Assembly: GCA_963677485.1 (NCBI GenBank)
Contig: OY781964.1
Location: 1,824,001 to 1,888,000 of the forward strand
Origin: Armatimonadota bacterium
GTDB taxonomy: Bacteria > Armatimonadota > HRBIN16
Direction: 5' to 3'
DNA: 64,000 bases
The notes under the pieces are model-generated. The model was not told the DNA's origin, did not search any database, and saw nothing but the letters and a program-made list of their open reading frames with translations. Of this stretch, positions 20,501 through 29,232 are shown piece by piece; within the stretch, counting starts at the first letter, position 1; the number at the start of each line of letters is the position of its first letter. The position numbers and the translations under genes were made by a program.

Positions 20501-21176
20501 CGGTATTTGCCTTGACCGGGGTGCCGAGGAACAGCTCATCTGCAGGGAACTCCTCGGTGCGGCCGTTCGGACTACCCTCGGTGCGATGGCCATCCCACTC
20601 CATGAGTTGGGCAAAACGGCCGATCTCCATCTGCTGGACCTGCGTTCTGCGCACACCTTTAGGGTCGACAGTCAATCGGGCGTTACACAGGTTGAAGGCG
20701 TCGCACATGAAGCCATCGCCGGCATCATCGGTGACTATCTCCAGTATCTGTGCGCCTTTGATCTTCAGCGAGATTTTCACCGGCTGATCGCCGTTGCGCA
20801 TCAGGCCGCTTTTGTAGATGCGTTTGCCATCAGCCAGGATGGTGAGGTGTACGCTGCCCTCAACTTGCGGCTGCTTATGCACACCGACCTCGGCCTCAAA
20901 AAGCTGATACTGACCACCGAGGTCCAGGATCGTCTGGCCGGCGGCATGGATGCCCAGGCCGCGCTTGTATGGCACGGAGCCAATCTGCAGCGGCTGTGTG
21001 GCACCTGCAGGATCGTGAGCGGCGACATTGATCCCCAACTGTCCCCAGCCCTGGCTGTGCTGCACGATCAGCTGCAGATGGTCATCAAGGTAATGCACCT
21101 GCGGCGTATCGGCTGAAACACGCAGTCCCATTGTGATAAACAGGAGCGCAAACACGAGAGATAGCTTAGAAAGCAT
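17595..21176 (-). CDS. Secreted NPCBM/NEW2-domain probable glycoside hydrolase, tandem paralogue of 13872..17450
   Basis: Start MLSKLS at 21176 after GGAGG; collinear similarity to the neighbour along its whole length. Confidence 0.8.
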   Translation of the reverse strand: MLSKLSLVFALLFITMGLRVSADTPQVHYLDDHLQLIVQHSQGWGQLGINVAAHDPAGATQPLQIGSVPYKRGLGIHAAGQTILDLGGQYQLFEAEVGVHKQPQVEGSVHLTILADGKRIYKSGLMRNGDQPVKISLKIKGAQILEIVTDDAGDGFMCDAFNLCNARLTVDPKGVRRTQVQQMEIGRFAQLMEWDGHRTEGSPNGRTEEFPADELFLGTPVKANTDGLVKVNPINGLGCIGLEWIERRRISRLELPITAGSSIKPSQVTLQQWAWEPKYMNGGSRWQGAWVSMNGQLSVKDGRVVFSTTSLGAQITVGGVLKVRWLINGLSAAAFVGRPLVYTRTLASPVTVQLRGVGSSPASIQLYNCYLADSPDALSVNWDRKSPLTLKLIMFESHYSPQDSSRLVLKWAGGGCGLSINDMINNKRIWAPEYNLEAGIAPLPKSAPVKHGETTLTRIQSMPEQTFKQALKALAWPEKDTGPTLLSLAAGQHKILAERTGEINFDWSLSILAMVQGGIGRSYSWVIAPKIGVNKAEFVSRTMLDGYLPSPQIDHIEGKVRYHQSGSVLPLGDAPQGSPSWYRDAVMYVQQITATNTGKDAAAASVQMSARVGSEPQNIATEGNISRISLPNGYTAWMWCEGASFTGNAKSNTYTASGMLQPGQSAKMWLVIPSTDMTAQQVQAKLAGGNPEDSLRSYWNLVEKNATQIQLPDAMLQHTIQASRIHCWMAARNESKGNIVAPWIASTNYGPLESESHAVIRGMMVMGEQDFAQRGLQFFEDQVNPRGYLTTGYTVMGTGWHLWCLGEYASLYPVKDWVKQNSETLVRTCKWIIEQRHKTMHTNPDGSKVDEWGLMPPGVMADWEVYSYYFYLNGYYYAGLKQAAQALASIGIPEAAEFNAEANDMSKCIMRAFHNISQQAPVVPLNDGRWVPMYPTHAYCPEPVVDLYPGFDAGRSWCYDIELGAHHLVTFGVMSPSDPAVQPMIEHMEDTYFLKSGWNRYDEAGNRADWFNRGGFAKVQPYYSRHAEIYAMLDNRKAFIRTYFNNIASLLNKEDLSIWEHFFFGAFNKTHETGGFLHQSRMMLVTDFDDTLRLAPFVPSDWMKGDKPIVAKNLPTRFGVVSYEIQPHKNPSRIEASVQIPTGGLKPARVELCIPIGKISSVRVNGQAWSRFDAKTGLIDLTGLTGNVQVSVK

Positions 21177-21200
21177 ACGGTCCTCCGGCTTGAAATTTAG

Positions 21201-21277
21201 CATATATGGCCTTAGTTTACACGCGGACTGAAGCAAGTTGAATAGAATTTATGGCACAATATTTGTCATTCTGTGCA
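21201..21277 (-). promoter_or_regulatory. Putative regulated promoter, copy 1 (26-bp box plus GTAAACTAAG element)
   Basis: TGGCACAATATTTGTCATTCTGTGCA (21252-21277) and CTTAGTTTAC (21211-21220); same motifs and spacing at 24524-24590. Confidence 0.65.
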
Positions 21278-21617
21278 AATTGGGTGATATTGGATCAAGG
21301 ATGGTAATTTGGGGCTGTTTTGAAGGCGGGCGGGGGTGAACCCGCCCTTGATTGAGGATTCCCGAAAGACCGGCCCGAAGGAAACAACAATCCACAGATT
21401 ACTCAGATTACACAGATTTTGGTAATGACCGCGCCGGTTTCTCAGTACGCTGCCAATTTCTATGCAGCCCGTCTCCGGCGCGGTCTGGCGGCTAGCCCTC
21501 TCTCTCCATCCGAACCTATCCGTGTAATCCGTGTAATCCGTGGTTCAGACAAAAGGCTGGCGGATAACCCGTATTTCCGTTCCCTTCGCGTCTTCGCGTG
21601 AAACTAACCACCGCCCT

Positions 21618-24458
21618 CTACGGCGTCTCCTCGTAGTAAACCACCAGCGAGTTTTCACCCATATGCGTGACTCCCAGCAGATCAACCCAGCGGGTGAGGT
21701 AGCCTCGGTTGCGCGGGTAGCGGTATTCATTCACCGCCACAGGTTGGCCGTTGATCCACACCGACAGCTTCGCCACCGAAGGGTTTGAGCTGATGGGCAG
21801 CACCAGGATGGGGTGATCGTAGAAGCCCGGTTCACAGCCGTAGGAGTTGATGAACGGCAATGTGATGCTGCTGGAACACCACCAGCTCTTGCTGCTGCCC
21901 AGCTCTTTCGGGCTGGAGATAGCTTGCAATACCGGCTCATCCTTCTTGACCGTCCTGGCTGGAACTGTGCTGCGTGTGGTGAGCAGCGTGAACTCCGTCG
22001 GCTGCATCTCGCCGAAGGCGTTATCCACGTACGCCCCACCGAAGTGGGCCAGCGCACCGGTCTGAGAGGCTCCGTCTGCCGAGAGCGGCGTCTGGATGCT
22101 GTGCGTGGAAGGTAACCCGGCTGGCCAGTTTTGCTTCATGCCTTCGTCGAGGCTGCCGGGCATTACCTGCCAGCGACGGATCTCAGTGGTGGGCGTCTGC
22201 CGTCGGAAAGTGAGGTCAACCTCGGCCCCTAATGAGTCTGACTTCGTCAGCTTCGCCTGGGTGACCTCGAATGGCCAGTGACGGCGGTCCATCTCCGGAA
22301 TATCGGTGCGTATCTCCAAACCTTTCACCTCGGCGGAGCCATTCGGCAGCACCACCATGGCTTTTTCGGAGCTGCCCTGGAAGCCCGAGGTTTTTACGAG
22401 GTAGCCATCGGCGGTTTGTGTAACACTGCCGGGCAGACCGTATAGACGAGGTTTGGTCACGCTTTTGGGGGCTGGCCGCACCTCCAGCACGATCACCTCC
22501 TGAGCAGGCGCATCGATCAACAACGACTGGCCGATCTTCACAAACGGACCATTTTCCGTCAACCGCATCCGTTCGGAGGGGTAGAGCTCCACCAGCTCGC
22601 AATCTGCGGAGCCAGAGAAGCCAAGCCGGGCGTCCAGCGGCACCTCAACCTGCTTGCTCCAGTAGTTCGGGTTCACGATGAAGATGAAACCGCGGCCGTT
22701 CTGGGCATGGCTGTAGATCTCCACGCCGCCGGGCTGCGGGTCATCACCCATGTGGTAGGTGCGCTTCCACAGCTCGAAGTTCTTCTTCAGGAATTTGGTC
22801 CATTTGGTGTAGAAGCTCTGCACCTTCGCCTGATTGGTTGGGCTCAGCTCATCATACCAGGGGCGTACCTCCGCCAGGCAGAGGTTGGGTGTGACCGCGA
22901 CGGTCGAAAGAGCACCGTACTCGTAGTTCTTGCGGATGTCGGGCACCACGGAATTCTGACTGAAGAAATACTGGCAGTTCGTGTAGTATCGATACGGCAG
23001 GAACCGCGAGTAATGCAGGTTGACCATCTGCTCACGACGGGCGTCATCCAGCAGACGGGTCATGTTCAGCCCCTGCCACGGAGAGGCGATGAAGGGGTCG
23101 GTCAGGTAGAGGCACGGGGTATACCATGCCAGCTTGGGCAGCAGTTCCGACCAGCAGCCGGAGTTCGGCCAGATCATCATCGTGGGAGAAGTGGCATTCA
23201 CCGCCTCAGCGAAGTCCACCAGACCCTTCACCTGTGCGTAGATGCTGTCCTCCCCTACCGGATGCCCGTGCGCAGCGTTCTGGCACTGTCCGATGCTCAG
23301 GAAGTCCAGCGCGTGCATCTCAAATCCGTATTTTTTACAGGTCTTCACCACCGTATCGGTATACCACTTTTGGAATTTGCCGTAACCAAAGCAGGGGTAT
23401 AGATCAGTGCCCTGCAGAGTGTTGTTGTACTGGTTGTAGTGCTGACAGAACACCGCAGTGGTGCCCGAATAGTCACCGATGCGCACGCCGTTCTTCTTCG
23501 CGTGGGCGACGATGCTCTCCACCAGCTCCGGTTTCGGGTCTGAGGCCACCCAGTCAAACACCCCTGGGAAGACCTGGTAATACTCCATACCCAGCTTGGG
23601 CAGCAGGGTGATTTCACGGCGCAGGATGTCCTGATTGATGGACAGGGTGGGGTGGTCCTTCATCGTGTAGAAGATGGCCCCATTTTGTATCTGCGTATAG
23701 CGGTTCACGATGCAGGCACTGGTGAACATCGGCTTCTCAAAGCGGGGCTTTTGGTGGCCCTGGATGTAGCGGTCCATCGCCTCCACTTCGCCCTCGTAAT
23801 AACCGTAGCGCATTTTGCCGGTGATCTCGGTGGCACCCAGCGTCAGCGAGTGGCAATTGTAGGTCTCATCAGCTTTGAGCGCCTTAAAAGGGGGATAGGT
23901 GATGTTGAACTGTCCGCCTGCCTGACGAACCTTCGAGTAGGGGAAGTCCAGCGAGGCAAACAGTCCCGCCTGTTGCTGTCGGCAGAAGATCGCGATGTCC
24001 AGCAGGCTGGTACTGGCCGTCAGCGGCTGAAGCTGCTCCGGTATCTGCTGCATGGTCACCCGCTGCACGGTCAGAGCATTGAGCGGCTCAAGGCTGAGCT
24101 GTTTTGTGATTCGGCCCGGACCTGAGAGCGTATACTTCGCCATCCAGCGGAAGAGGCTGTTCTGGCCCACAAACACCGCCTCTTTAGCGGGATTGCCCAC
24201 AGGCTTTGCGAGCCTTGCCTCTGAGCCAGCGGAGCTCTGAGAGCCTTTATCGGTATCCACCACCCAGCAGAGTGAGGCGGGAGCTTCCAGTCTCACTTTG
24301 TGTGTGACCAACTGGGTCTCCTGCAGCCCGCTGCTGCCATAACTGAGCTCCACCGATAACAACTCGTCACCCACTGTGACCGTGCCGCACTGAGCCGCAC
24401 CGCTCAACATCAAGCCTGGCAGCAGCGAAAGGATAATTCCTGTATTACTTAACTTCAT
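21618..24458 (-). CDS. Large secreted hypothetical protein, probable TIM-barrel glycoside hydrolase
   Basis: 946 aa; signal peptide; central barrel-like region (KKNGVRIGDY, MHALDFL); no family recognised. Confidence 0.65.
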   Translation of the reverse strand: MKLSNTGIILSLLPGLMLSGAAQCGTVTVGDELLSVELSYGSSGLQETQLVTHKVRLEAPASLCWVVDTDKGSQSSAGSEARLAKPVGNPAKEAVFVGQNSLFRWMAKYTLSGPGRITKQLSLEPLNALTVQRVTMQQIPEQLQPLTASTSLLDIAIFCRQQQAGLFASLDFPYSKVRQAGGQFNITYPPFKALKADETYNCHSLTLGATEITGKMRYGYYEGEVEAMDRYIQGHQKPRFEKPMFTSACIVNRYTQIQNGAIFYTMKDHPTLSINQDILRREITLLPKLGMEYYQVFPGVFDWVASDPKPELVESIVAHAKKNGVRIGDYSGTTAVFCQHYNQYNNTLQGTDLYPCFGYGKFQKWYTDTVVKTCKKYGFEMHALDFLSIGQCQNAAHGHPVGEDSIYAQVKGLVDFAEAVNATSPTMMIWPNSGCWSELLPKLAWYTPCLYLTDPFIASPWQGLNMTRLLDDARREQMVNLHYSRFLPYRYYTNCQYFFSQNSVVPDIRKNYEYGALSTVAVTPNLCLAEVRPWYDELSPTNQAKVQSFYTKWTKFLKKNFELWKRTYHMGDDPQPGGVEIYSHAQNGRGFIFIVNPNYWSKQVEVPLDARLGFSGSADCELVELYPSERMRLTENGPFVKIGQSLLIDAPAQEVIVLEVRPAPKSVTKPRLYGLPGSVTQTADGYLVKTSGFQGSSEKAMVVLPNGSAEVKGLEIRTDIPEMDRRHWPFEVTQAKLTKSDSLGAEVDLTFRRQTPTTEIRRWQVMPGSLDEGMKQNWPAGLPSTHSIQTPLSADGASQTGALAHFGGAYVDNAFGEMQPTEFTLLTTRSTVPARTVKKDEPVLQAISSPKELGSSKSWWCSSSITLPFINSYGCEPGFYDHPILVLPISSNPSVAKLSVWINGQPVAVNEYRYPRNRGYLTRWVDLLGVTHMGENSLVVYYEETP

Positions 24459-24514
24459 ACTTCCCCCTTGCGTTCATATACCCATGGAATTTGCCGGTCA
24501 ACCGTATTATGACC

Positions 24515-24590
24515 GTATATGAGCTTAGTTTACTCATATGGTGAGGCCAGGTGAATGGATACAGTGGCACATTCTTTGCCAATCTGTGCA
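24515..24590 (-). promoter_or_regulatory. Putative regulated promoter, copy 2
   Basis: TGGCACATTCTTTGCCAATCTGTGCA (24565-24590; 22/26 identical to copy 1) and CTTAGTTTAC (24524-24533). Confidence 0.65.
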
Positions 24591-24728
24591 TGTCGGATTC
24601 GCCGTTTTTAGGTAGTTATCAACTCCAAACTGGCGCGGTAGCCTTCCTGGTTTGGTATCGGGAACAAGACCGGCTCGGTCCATAGACCAATCCATTTAAC
24701 ACAAATACATCACGCAGCACAGTTCGGT

Positions 24729-24947
24729 CCGGGCACCCACAAAGTGGGTAAGATTCTTATAGCCACGGGTGAGCGCCAGCGAAACCCGTGGTGAGCGGTG
24801 CATTGTTCCTACCCCGAAGTGGGTCGAACCTGATGGTCACGGAAACCGACCCACGTTCGTGGGTAGATGGTTTCGGACTGCCCTCCACGGGTTGCGCTTC
24901 GCTTACCCGTGGCTATAAGAATCTTACCCACTCCGTGGGTGCCGGAC
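24729..24947. repeat. Long palindromic MITE-like element (family D)
   Basis: Arms GGCACCCACAAAGTGGGTAAGATTCTTATAGCCACGGGT / ACCCGTGGCTATAAGAATCTTACCCACTCCGTGGGTGCC; second copy at about 54012-54532. Confidence 0.8.
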
Positions 24948-25164
24948 CATCAAGAGCACATTTTATGCTCTTTCCATACCATTACCTTAATACAAAACTC
25001 GCGTTGTGGGTTATGGTTGGTCTATGGCCAGCGGCCATTGATAGCCGCTTGCCAGACCGACCCGGACAGTGGCAGCCAAGGTGATGTACAAGCAAACATA
25101 TGCGATCAGTGGTATAAATAGTTGGCTCACCGAATTTACCAATTCATGCAAACAAGAGGATGAG

Positions 25165-26052
25165 ATGGCACAGTATATAAATGGACACACCTGGCGTAGA
25201 AGAACCGAGACCCAACCTTGCCTGTTGTGTGCGGTGCAGACCGAAATCGACAACGATGGCGGTACCTCAGCCTGCAACAATGCTGTGTGGGTGCTGGACT
25301 ACAGTTGGGGGGCCTGCGGCGACTATCGCGTGCCCAGCCACACCTCAGAGTGGTGCGCCCGTAAGCCGCTGGAGGCGCACCTGTATGCACCGGGATGCAG
25401 TTACTGGGAGCGTATGCGGTACAGCAAACAGCGCTGCGCTTTTATGTTGTTTGACTGGGACAAACCGACGGCACCTTTAGCGTCCGTCGTCGAACACGGG
25501 TATGGAATCATCCGCGATACTGAAGGTGCTCTGGGGCAAGCCATCAAGGCCACTGCACTTCTTGGACAGACCCTGGGCGAGGATGGCTTCTGGCAGGCCC
25601 AGGCGGAGCTCTGCAAGGTTCTGGCTCTGCTGCAGGATGTGGTGTGGGATGGCACCCAGGGTTGGCTGGGCCCATCGCAGATCACCAGCGTCAAAGCCTG
25701 GGAGAACGAAGTGCGGCAACTGATCGCCAAACACACCCATGAAACCCTGAGCCTGGACGAACTGGCCTCCGAGCTGGGTGTCAGCCGCAGCACGCTTTCG
25801 CATCGCTACCAGGCCGCCACGGGCGAGAGTCCGATGCAGTGCCACGCCCAGTTCCGACTCACCGAGGCGCGGAAACGGCTGCTCACCGGCCAGCCCGTTA
25901 CGCAGGTCGCCATGGAATTGGGGTTTGGTGACATCTATCACTTCTCGCGCTTCTTTAAACGCTGGCAAGGGGTCTCGCCGCGGGAATACGCCCGTTCGTT
26001 CTTCCGTATGGACACACACTGTACTGAAACTGATGTCATAGTGAACAGTTAG
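25165..26052 (+). CDS. AraC family transcriptional regulator
   Basis: C-terminal double HTH (LSLDELASELGVSRSTL...VAMELGFGDIYHFSRFFKRWQGVSPREY); start MAQYING after GAGG. Confidence 0.9.
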   Translation: MAQYINGHTWRRRTETQPCLLCAVQTEIDNDGGTSACNNAVWVLDYSWGACGDYRVPSHTSEWCARKPLEAHLYAPGCSYWERMRYSKQRCAFMLFDWDKPTAPLASVVEHGYGIIRDTEGALGQAIKATALLGQTLGEDGFWQAQAELCKVLALLQDVVWDGTQGWLGPSQITSVKAWENEVRQLIAKHTHETLSLDELASELGVSRSTLSHRYQAATGESPMQCHAQFRLTEARKRLLTGQPVTQVAMELGFGDIYHFSRFFKRWQGVSPREYARSFFRMDTHCTETDVIVNS

Positions 26053-26172
26053 CCCGGGAGTCAGCCGAAATCCCCCCGATATCACCATCTGATGCGTGAA
26101 CACGGCTTGTTTTGGATAACCTACCTTCAGGAACACAACCTAATCGAAATCACATCTGGAGGATACCGACAT

Positions 26173-27069
26173 ATGGGAAATCTACTAGACGTACGTATCG
26201 GAACGCTTGTCAATGTCAGCTCAGGCGTTAAACAATACATCGACAAAATCAAAGGCCATGGCTTTGAAAGCTACAGCCTGACTTTCGGCGACCGCGTGGA
26301 CGAAAGCGCACTGCCGAAGAACATTGAAGAGGCCCTGGAAGCCAGCAGCTCCACCGGAGCCGTCATCAGCAGCGTGAGCTGCTTCGGCAACCCGCTGGCC
26401 GACGACGAATCCGCTGCAAAAACCCGCGAAGGGTTCGCGATTTTGATCAAGAACGCCAGCAAGTTCGGCTGCAACATCGTCTCCGGATTTGCCGGACGCG
26501 TGCCAGGCTGTCCTCTTCCTGACAGCTACCCCCGCTTCCTGGAGGTTTTCAAGCCTCTCGTCAAGCTGGCGGAAGACCACGGTGTGCGTATCGCCTTCGA
26601 GAACTGCGACATGGGCGGACGCTGGGAAAGCGGAAGCTGGAACATCGCTCAGACCCCCGTGGTGTGGGACTGGATGTTCAACGAAATCCCATCCGACAGC
26701 CTCGGCCTGCAATGGGAACCCTGCCATCAAATGGTGAAGCTGATTGACCCCATCCCCCAACTACGCAAATACGTAGGCAAGGTCTACAACGTACATGGCA
26801 AGGACGCCACAGTGATGTGGGACGTGGTTCGTGAGCATGGCGTATACGGCAGCCACCAGTTTGCCTACCACCGAACCCCTGGGTTTGGCGATACCAACTG
26901 GGCAGACGTGGTCACCATCCTTCGCCTGAATGGGTATGTGGGCAGCATCGACATCGAGGGCTGGCACGACCCTGTGTACAACCAGACCCTGGAGATGACT
27001 TCGCAGGTCTACGGCTTGAACTACCTGAAAGCCTGCCGCGGCGGGGCTGTTCAGATCGCCAACCCATAG
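26173..27069 (+). CDS. Sugar phosphate isomerase/epimerase
   Basis: IAFENC, GLQWEPCH, VHGKD, IDIEGWHD motifs; GGAGG RBS. Confidence 0.9.
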   Translation: MGNLLDVRIGTLVNVSSGVKQYIDKIKGHGFESYSLTFGDRVDESALPKNIEEALEASSSTGAVISSVSCFGNPLADDESAAKTREGFAILIKNASKFGCNIVSGFAGRVPGCPLPDSYPRFLEVFKPLVKLAEDHGVRIAFENCDMGGRWESGSWNIAQTPVVWDWMFNEIPSDSLGLQWEPCHQMVKLIDPIPQLRKYVGKVYNVHGKDATVMWDVVREHGVYGSHQFAYHRTPGFGDTNWADVVTILRLNGYVGSIDIEGWHDPVYNQTLEMTSQVYGLNYLKACRGGAVQIANP

Positions 27070-27140
27070 GATCATCGGACATCTGGGGCGGTCGCCAGGC
27101 CGCCCCCACATACGGCAAATGTCTGCCGTGAGGTGCCATC

Positions 27141-28106
27141 ATGACCACCATCGTGGAAAAACTGTTAGGGTGTCAGGAACCATCCATCCGCTACAAAATC
27201 CGCACAAAGCTGCAGGACGAAGATCCCCACTCGCCGGGAATCATCGCGCTTCGCGAAGAGATCAGACACTCCCCTCGGGTAGATGCACTGCTCCATCCGC
27301 CGGAACGGATGTCTGGCATCGCTCAGCATGTCTACCGCAAATTCGCCGGTGCACACTGGGTGCTGGCCTCGCTGGCCGACATCGGCACCCCGCCTGGTGA
27401 CCCGCGAATCGCCCCGCTGGCGGAGCTGGTATACGCCTGCTGGCTTCATCCGCGGCATGTGCAGTGCCTGCTTGTGCTTGATGGCCGTGTTCGGAAATGC
27501 GCCTCGCAGGAAGGGAATGCCATCTACTCGTTGATCACGCTGGGTTTTAGCGATCAGCGGATTGAGCAGCTCGCCGATATCTTGATGAAAACCCAGTGGC
27601 CAGATGGCGGCTGGAACTGTGACAGGCGTCCTCAGGCGTGCCACTCATCGTTTTGGGAAAGCCTGCTGCCCTTGCGCGGGCTCTCGTTGTATGCCCGCAT
27701 CTCCGGCAACCCCAAGGCACGCGAGGCCTCAGAACGGACGGCGGAGCTGTTTCTAAAGCGGCACCTGTTCCGCAGGCTGCGCGATGGGGCGGTGATGAAC
27801 AACGAGTTCACATCGCTGCACTATCCTTGTTACTGGCACTACGACATCCTGGCAGGGCTGAAAGTGATGTCAGAAGCCGGCTTCCTCTCAGACCCCCGCT
27901 GCAATGATGCCTTGGACCTGCTGGAGTCCAAACGACTGCCCGAGGACGGCTGGGCGGCCGAAGGGAAATACTACCGGATGTCGAAAACGCCCACCGGCTC
28001 CGGAGGCTGCGAACTCGTCAGTTGGGGTGTCAGCGGCAAAACACGCATGAACGAGTGGGTCACGGCCGATGCACTAGCCGTGCTGCACGCCGCCGGGCGG
28101 GTGTAG
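27141..28106 (+). CDS. Prenyltransferase/squalene-cyclase-like fold hypothetical protein
   Basis: QWPDGGWNC, YPCYWHYDILAGL, NEWVT motifs (QW-repeat-like). Confidence 0.7.
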   Translation: MTTIVEKLLGCQEPSIRYKIRTKLQDEDPHSPGIIALREEIRHSPRVDALLHPPERMSGIAQHVYRKFAGAHWVLASLADIGTPPGDPRIAPLAELVYACWLHPRHVQCLLVLDGRVRKCASQEGNAIYSLITLGFSDQRIEQLADILMKTQWPDGGWNCDRRPQACHSSFWESLLPLRGLSLYARISGNPKAREASERTAELFLKRHLFRRLRDGAVMNNEFTSLHYPCYWHYDILAGLKVMSEAGFLSDPRCNDALDLLESKRLPEDGWAAEGKYYRMSKTPTGSGGCELVSWGVSGKTRMNEWVTADALAVLHAAGRV

Positions 28107-28167
28107 ACAACAGGCTGTAACGCAAGCTGCTAGCGACGAATATTGTATGGCCAGTAGGTCACCGATT

Positions 28168-28368
28168 CCGCGACATAAATGTCTCGGCTATTGAACACCA
28201 AGACTGCTGAAGCAGTCTTCATTAACGTTATCTTTGTCGGCAAGGAGCTCCACAGCCCGGTTTAGCGGGCTTGTTGATCAGTAGCCGAGACATTTATGTC
28301 GCGGCACATGGTCGATACGATCCCAACTGGATTTGTGGGTAAAAGACTGACATTTGTGTCGCGGAATC
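28168..28368. repeat. Palindromic REP/MITE-like element (family E)
   Basis: Perfect 23-bp IR CCGCGACATAAATGTCTCGGCTA / TAGCCGAGACATTTATGTCGCGG with internal hairpins, plus a third degenerate arm near 28345-28368. Confidence 0.7.
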
Positions 28369-28491
28369 AGCGATCTACTGGCTCTGCGGCCAATAAACTG
28401 AGCTGCACCGCGGAGGCTGCACAGGCAGGTATACTGACATCACTTACTGAAATACCAAATAGAGGTAAACAACTGCTGGGAGGTATGATCA

Positions 28492-29232
28492 TTGGCTGAA
28501 AAGATGCTTCCGCATTCGCTGGAGATGCTTCGCAAGTTCTGGGACAAGATAAAAGTGCCCACAGAGCCCTTCAACCCGAATGGCACATGGGTCAACACGT
28601 ATAGATGCCAGCTCATGACCAACGAGAAGGTCAGTTCCTGGAACGCAGCATCGCTGCGCATCCAGCGGAGAGGCTTGCCAGACGGCATCCAACTGAATGT
28701 CACGCAGACAAAGCCCATCACCGGCCCCAAGACCAACCTCACCCACGCCAGCATCGAGTGCCAGCCCGATACGCTGACCACCCCGCGGAAATGGCAGGTG
28801 GGGTCAGTCATCATGGACCACACCTCCAAACCGATGGACTACACCCGATACAACTTTACTGGCCAGGCCGAAGGCTCAGTGGTAAAGCTGATTCCGGGCA
28901 CCAGAAAGATGCAGATGGGCAAGCGGTATAGCAGCAACTGGTCGCTGTTCGACGCCGTGCAACGGCTGCCGTTTGGCGGTAAGGCTATTGAGTTCGACAT
29001 GCTCGAAGAGCTTCAAAAACCCAGACGGGGGCACAAAATCCAGTATTCCGGCTCGCTGGAGCTGACACTGGGAGGGAAACCCACACGGCTTCATGGCTTT
29101 GTGCATACAGGGCAGGGCATCTGGGATGGCGCCTATTTCCTGGACGATAACCACAGACTGCTGATCGCCTCAGTGGGATTGATGGAGTATTTCTATGACC
29201 CGCAGGCCAAGCTGGTGGAGGAAAGACGATGA
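28492..29232 (+). CDS. Hypothetical protein, coupled to sulfatase
   Basis: 246 aa; GGAGG RBS; ATGA overlap with the next gene. Confidence 0.7.
   Translation: MAEKMLPHSLEMLRKFWDKIKVPTEPFNPNGTWVNTYRCQLMTNEKVSSWNAASLRIQRRGLPDGIQLNVTQTKPITGPKTNLTHASIECQPDTLTTPRKWQVGSVIMDHTSKPMDYTRYNFTGQAEGSVVKLIPGTRKMQMGKRYSSNWSLFDAVQRLPFGGKAIEFDMLEELQKPRRGHKIQYSGSLELTLGGKPTRLHGFVHTGQGIWDGAYFLDDNHRLLIASVGLMEYFYDPQAKLVEERR

Noticed and set aside
13872-21176. Diversity-generating retroelement TR/VR pair
   Set aside because: Differences look largely synonymous and are not adenine-specific; no reverse transcriptase in the window
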